Notes under the pieces: generated by a model
Told to the model about the DNA's origin: nothing
Databases searched by the model: none
Seen by the model: the letters and a program-made list of their open reading frames with translations, nothing else
Made by a program: the position numbers and the translations under genes
NCBI GenBank assembly: GCA_030390025.1
Contig: CM059432.1
Location: forward strand, 143,160,001-143,224,000
Direction of reading: 5' to 3'
Length of the DNA stretch: 64,000 nt
Origin: Squalus acanthias
Taxonomy: Eukaryota
Part shown: in pieces, positions 63,701 to 64,000 of the stretch
Layout of the letters: each line of letters opens with the position of its first letter
How positions within the stretch are numbered: the stretch's first letter is position 1

Positions 63701-64000
63701 TGCTGAAACAAATTGTGGATTTGATATAAGCCAATTTGGGGTCTCTTGAAAAACAATGAGAATTTTTCATATGTTTAAGATTTTTGATGTTTATTTGCTC
63801 ATTTAGGTAAAAGATGTCACTGCTCAAATTTAGTCGAAGAGTTGGGTTTTAAGGAGGGTCTTAAGGGAAAAGGGGGGAGAAGGAGAGGTAGAGGGTTTTA
63901 GAGTGAGAACGCTACAGTGTGGTCACGCAATGCTCTAGGGCCACAAAGATGGTCTATTGTATTTTTGTTTGATAATATCATTCAAATTTGTCTGGTTTTC

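Overview
Eukaryotic, repeat-dense genomic DNA from a cartilaginous fish (shark-like; inferred from the CR1, L2, DeuSINE, Penelope and Harbinger repeat complement). There is one convincing host gene: an intronless coding exon for a TMEM74-family two-TM protein (12177-12965, minus), with a candidate non-coding first exon about 1 kb upstream. Most of the rest is nested transposon debris: a near-complete CR1 LINE and many CR1 3' ends, RTE-X-like and L2 LINE ends with their partner SINEs, decayed Harbinger transposase and Myb genes, and several MITE families. The most notable signals are: (i) two Penelope-derived mini-element families carrying minimal hammerhead ribozyme motifs, including a perfect 100-bp fold-back and a compensatory stem-I change between copies; (ii) two different MITEs inserted at the same position in separate copies of a short local repeat, with an empty copy preserved beside them; (iii) a TMEM74 protein with mixed TMEM74/TMEM74B character; (iv) a SINE-plus-flank direct duplication bracketing that gene. 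All family assignments come from motif recognition by eye, and no searches were run.
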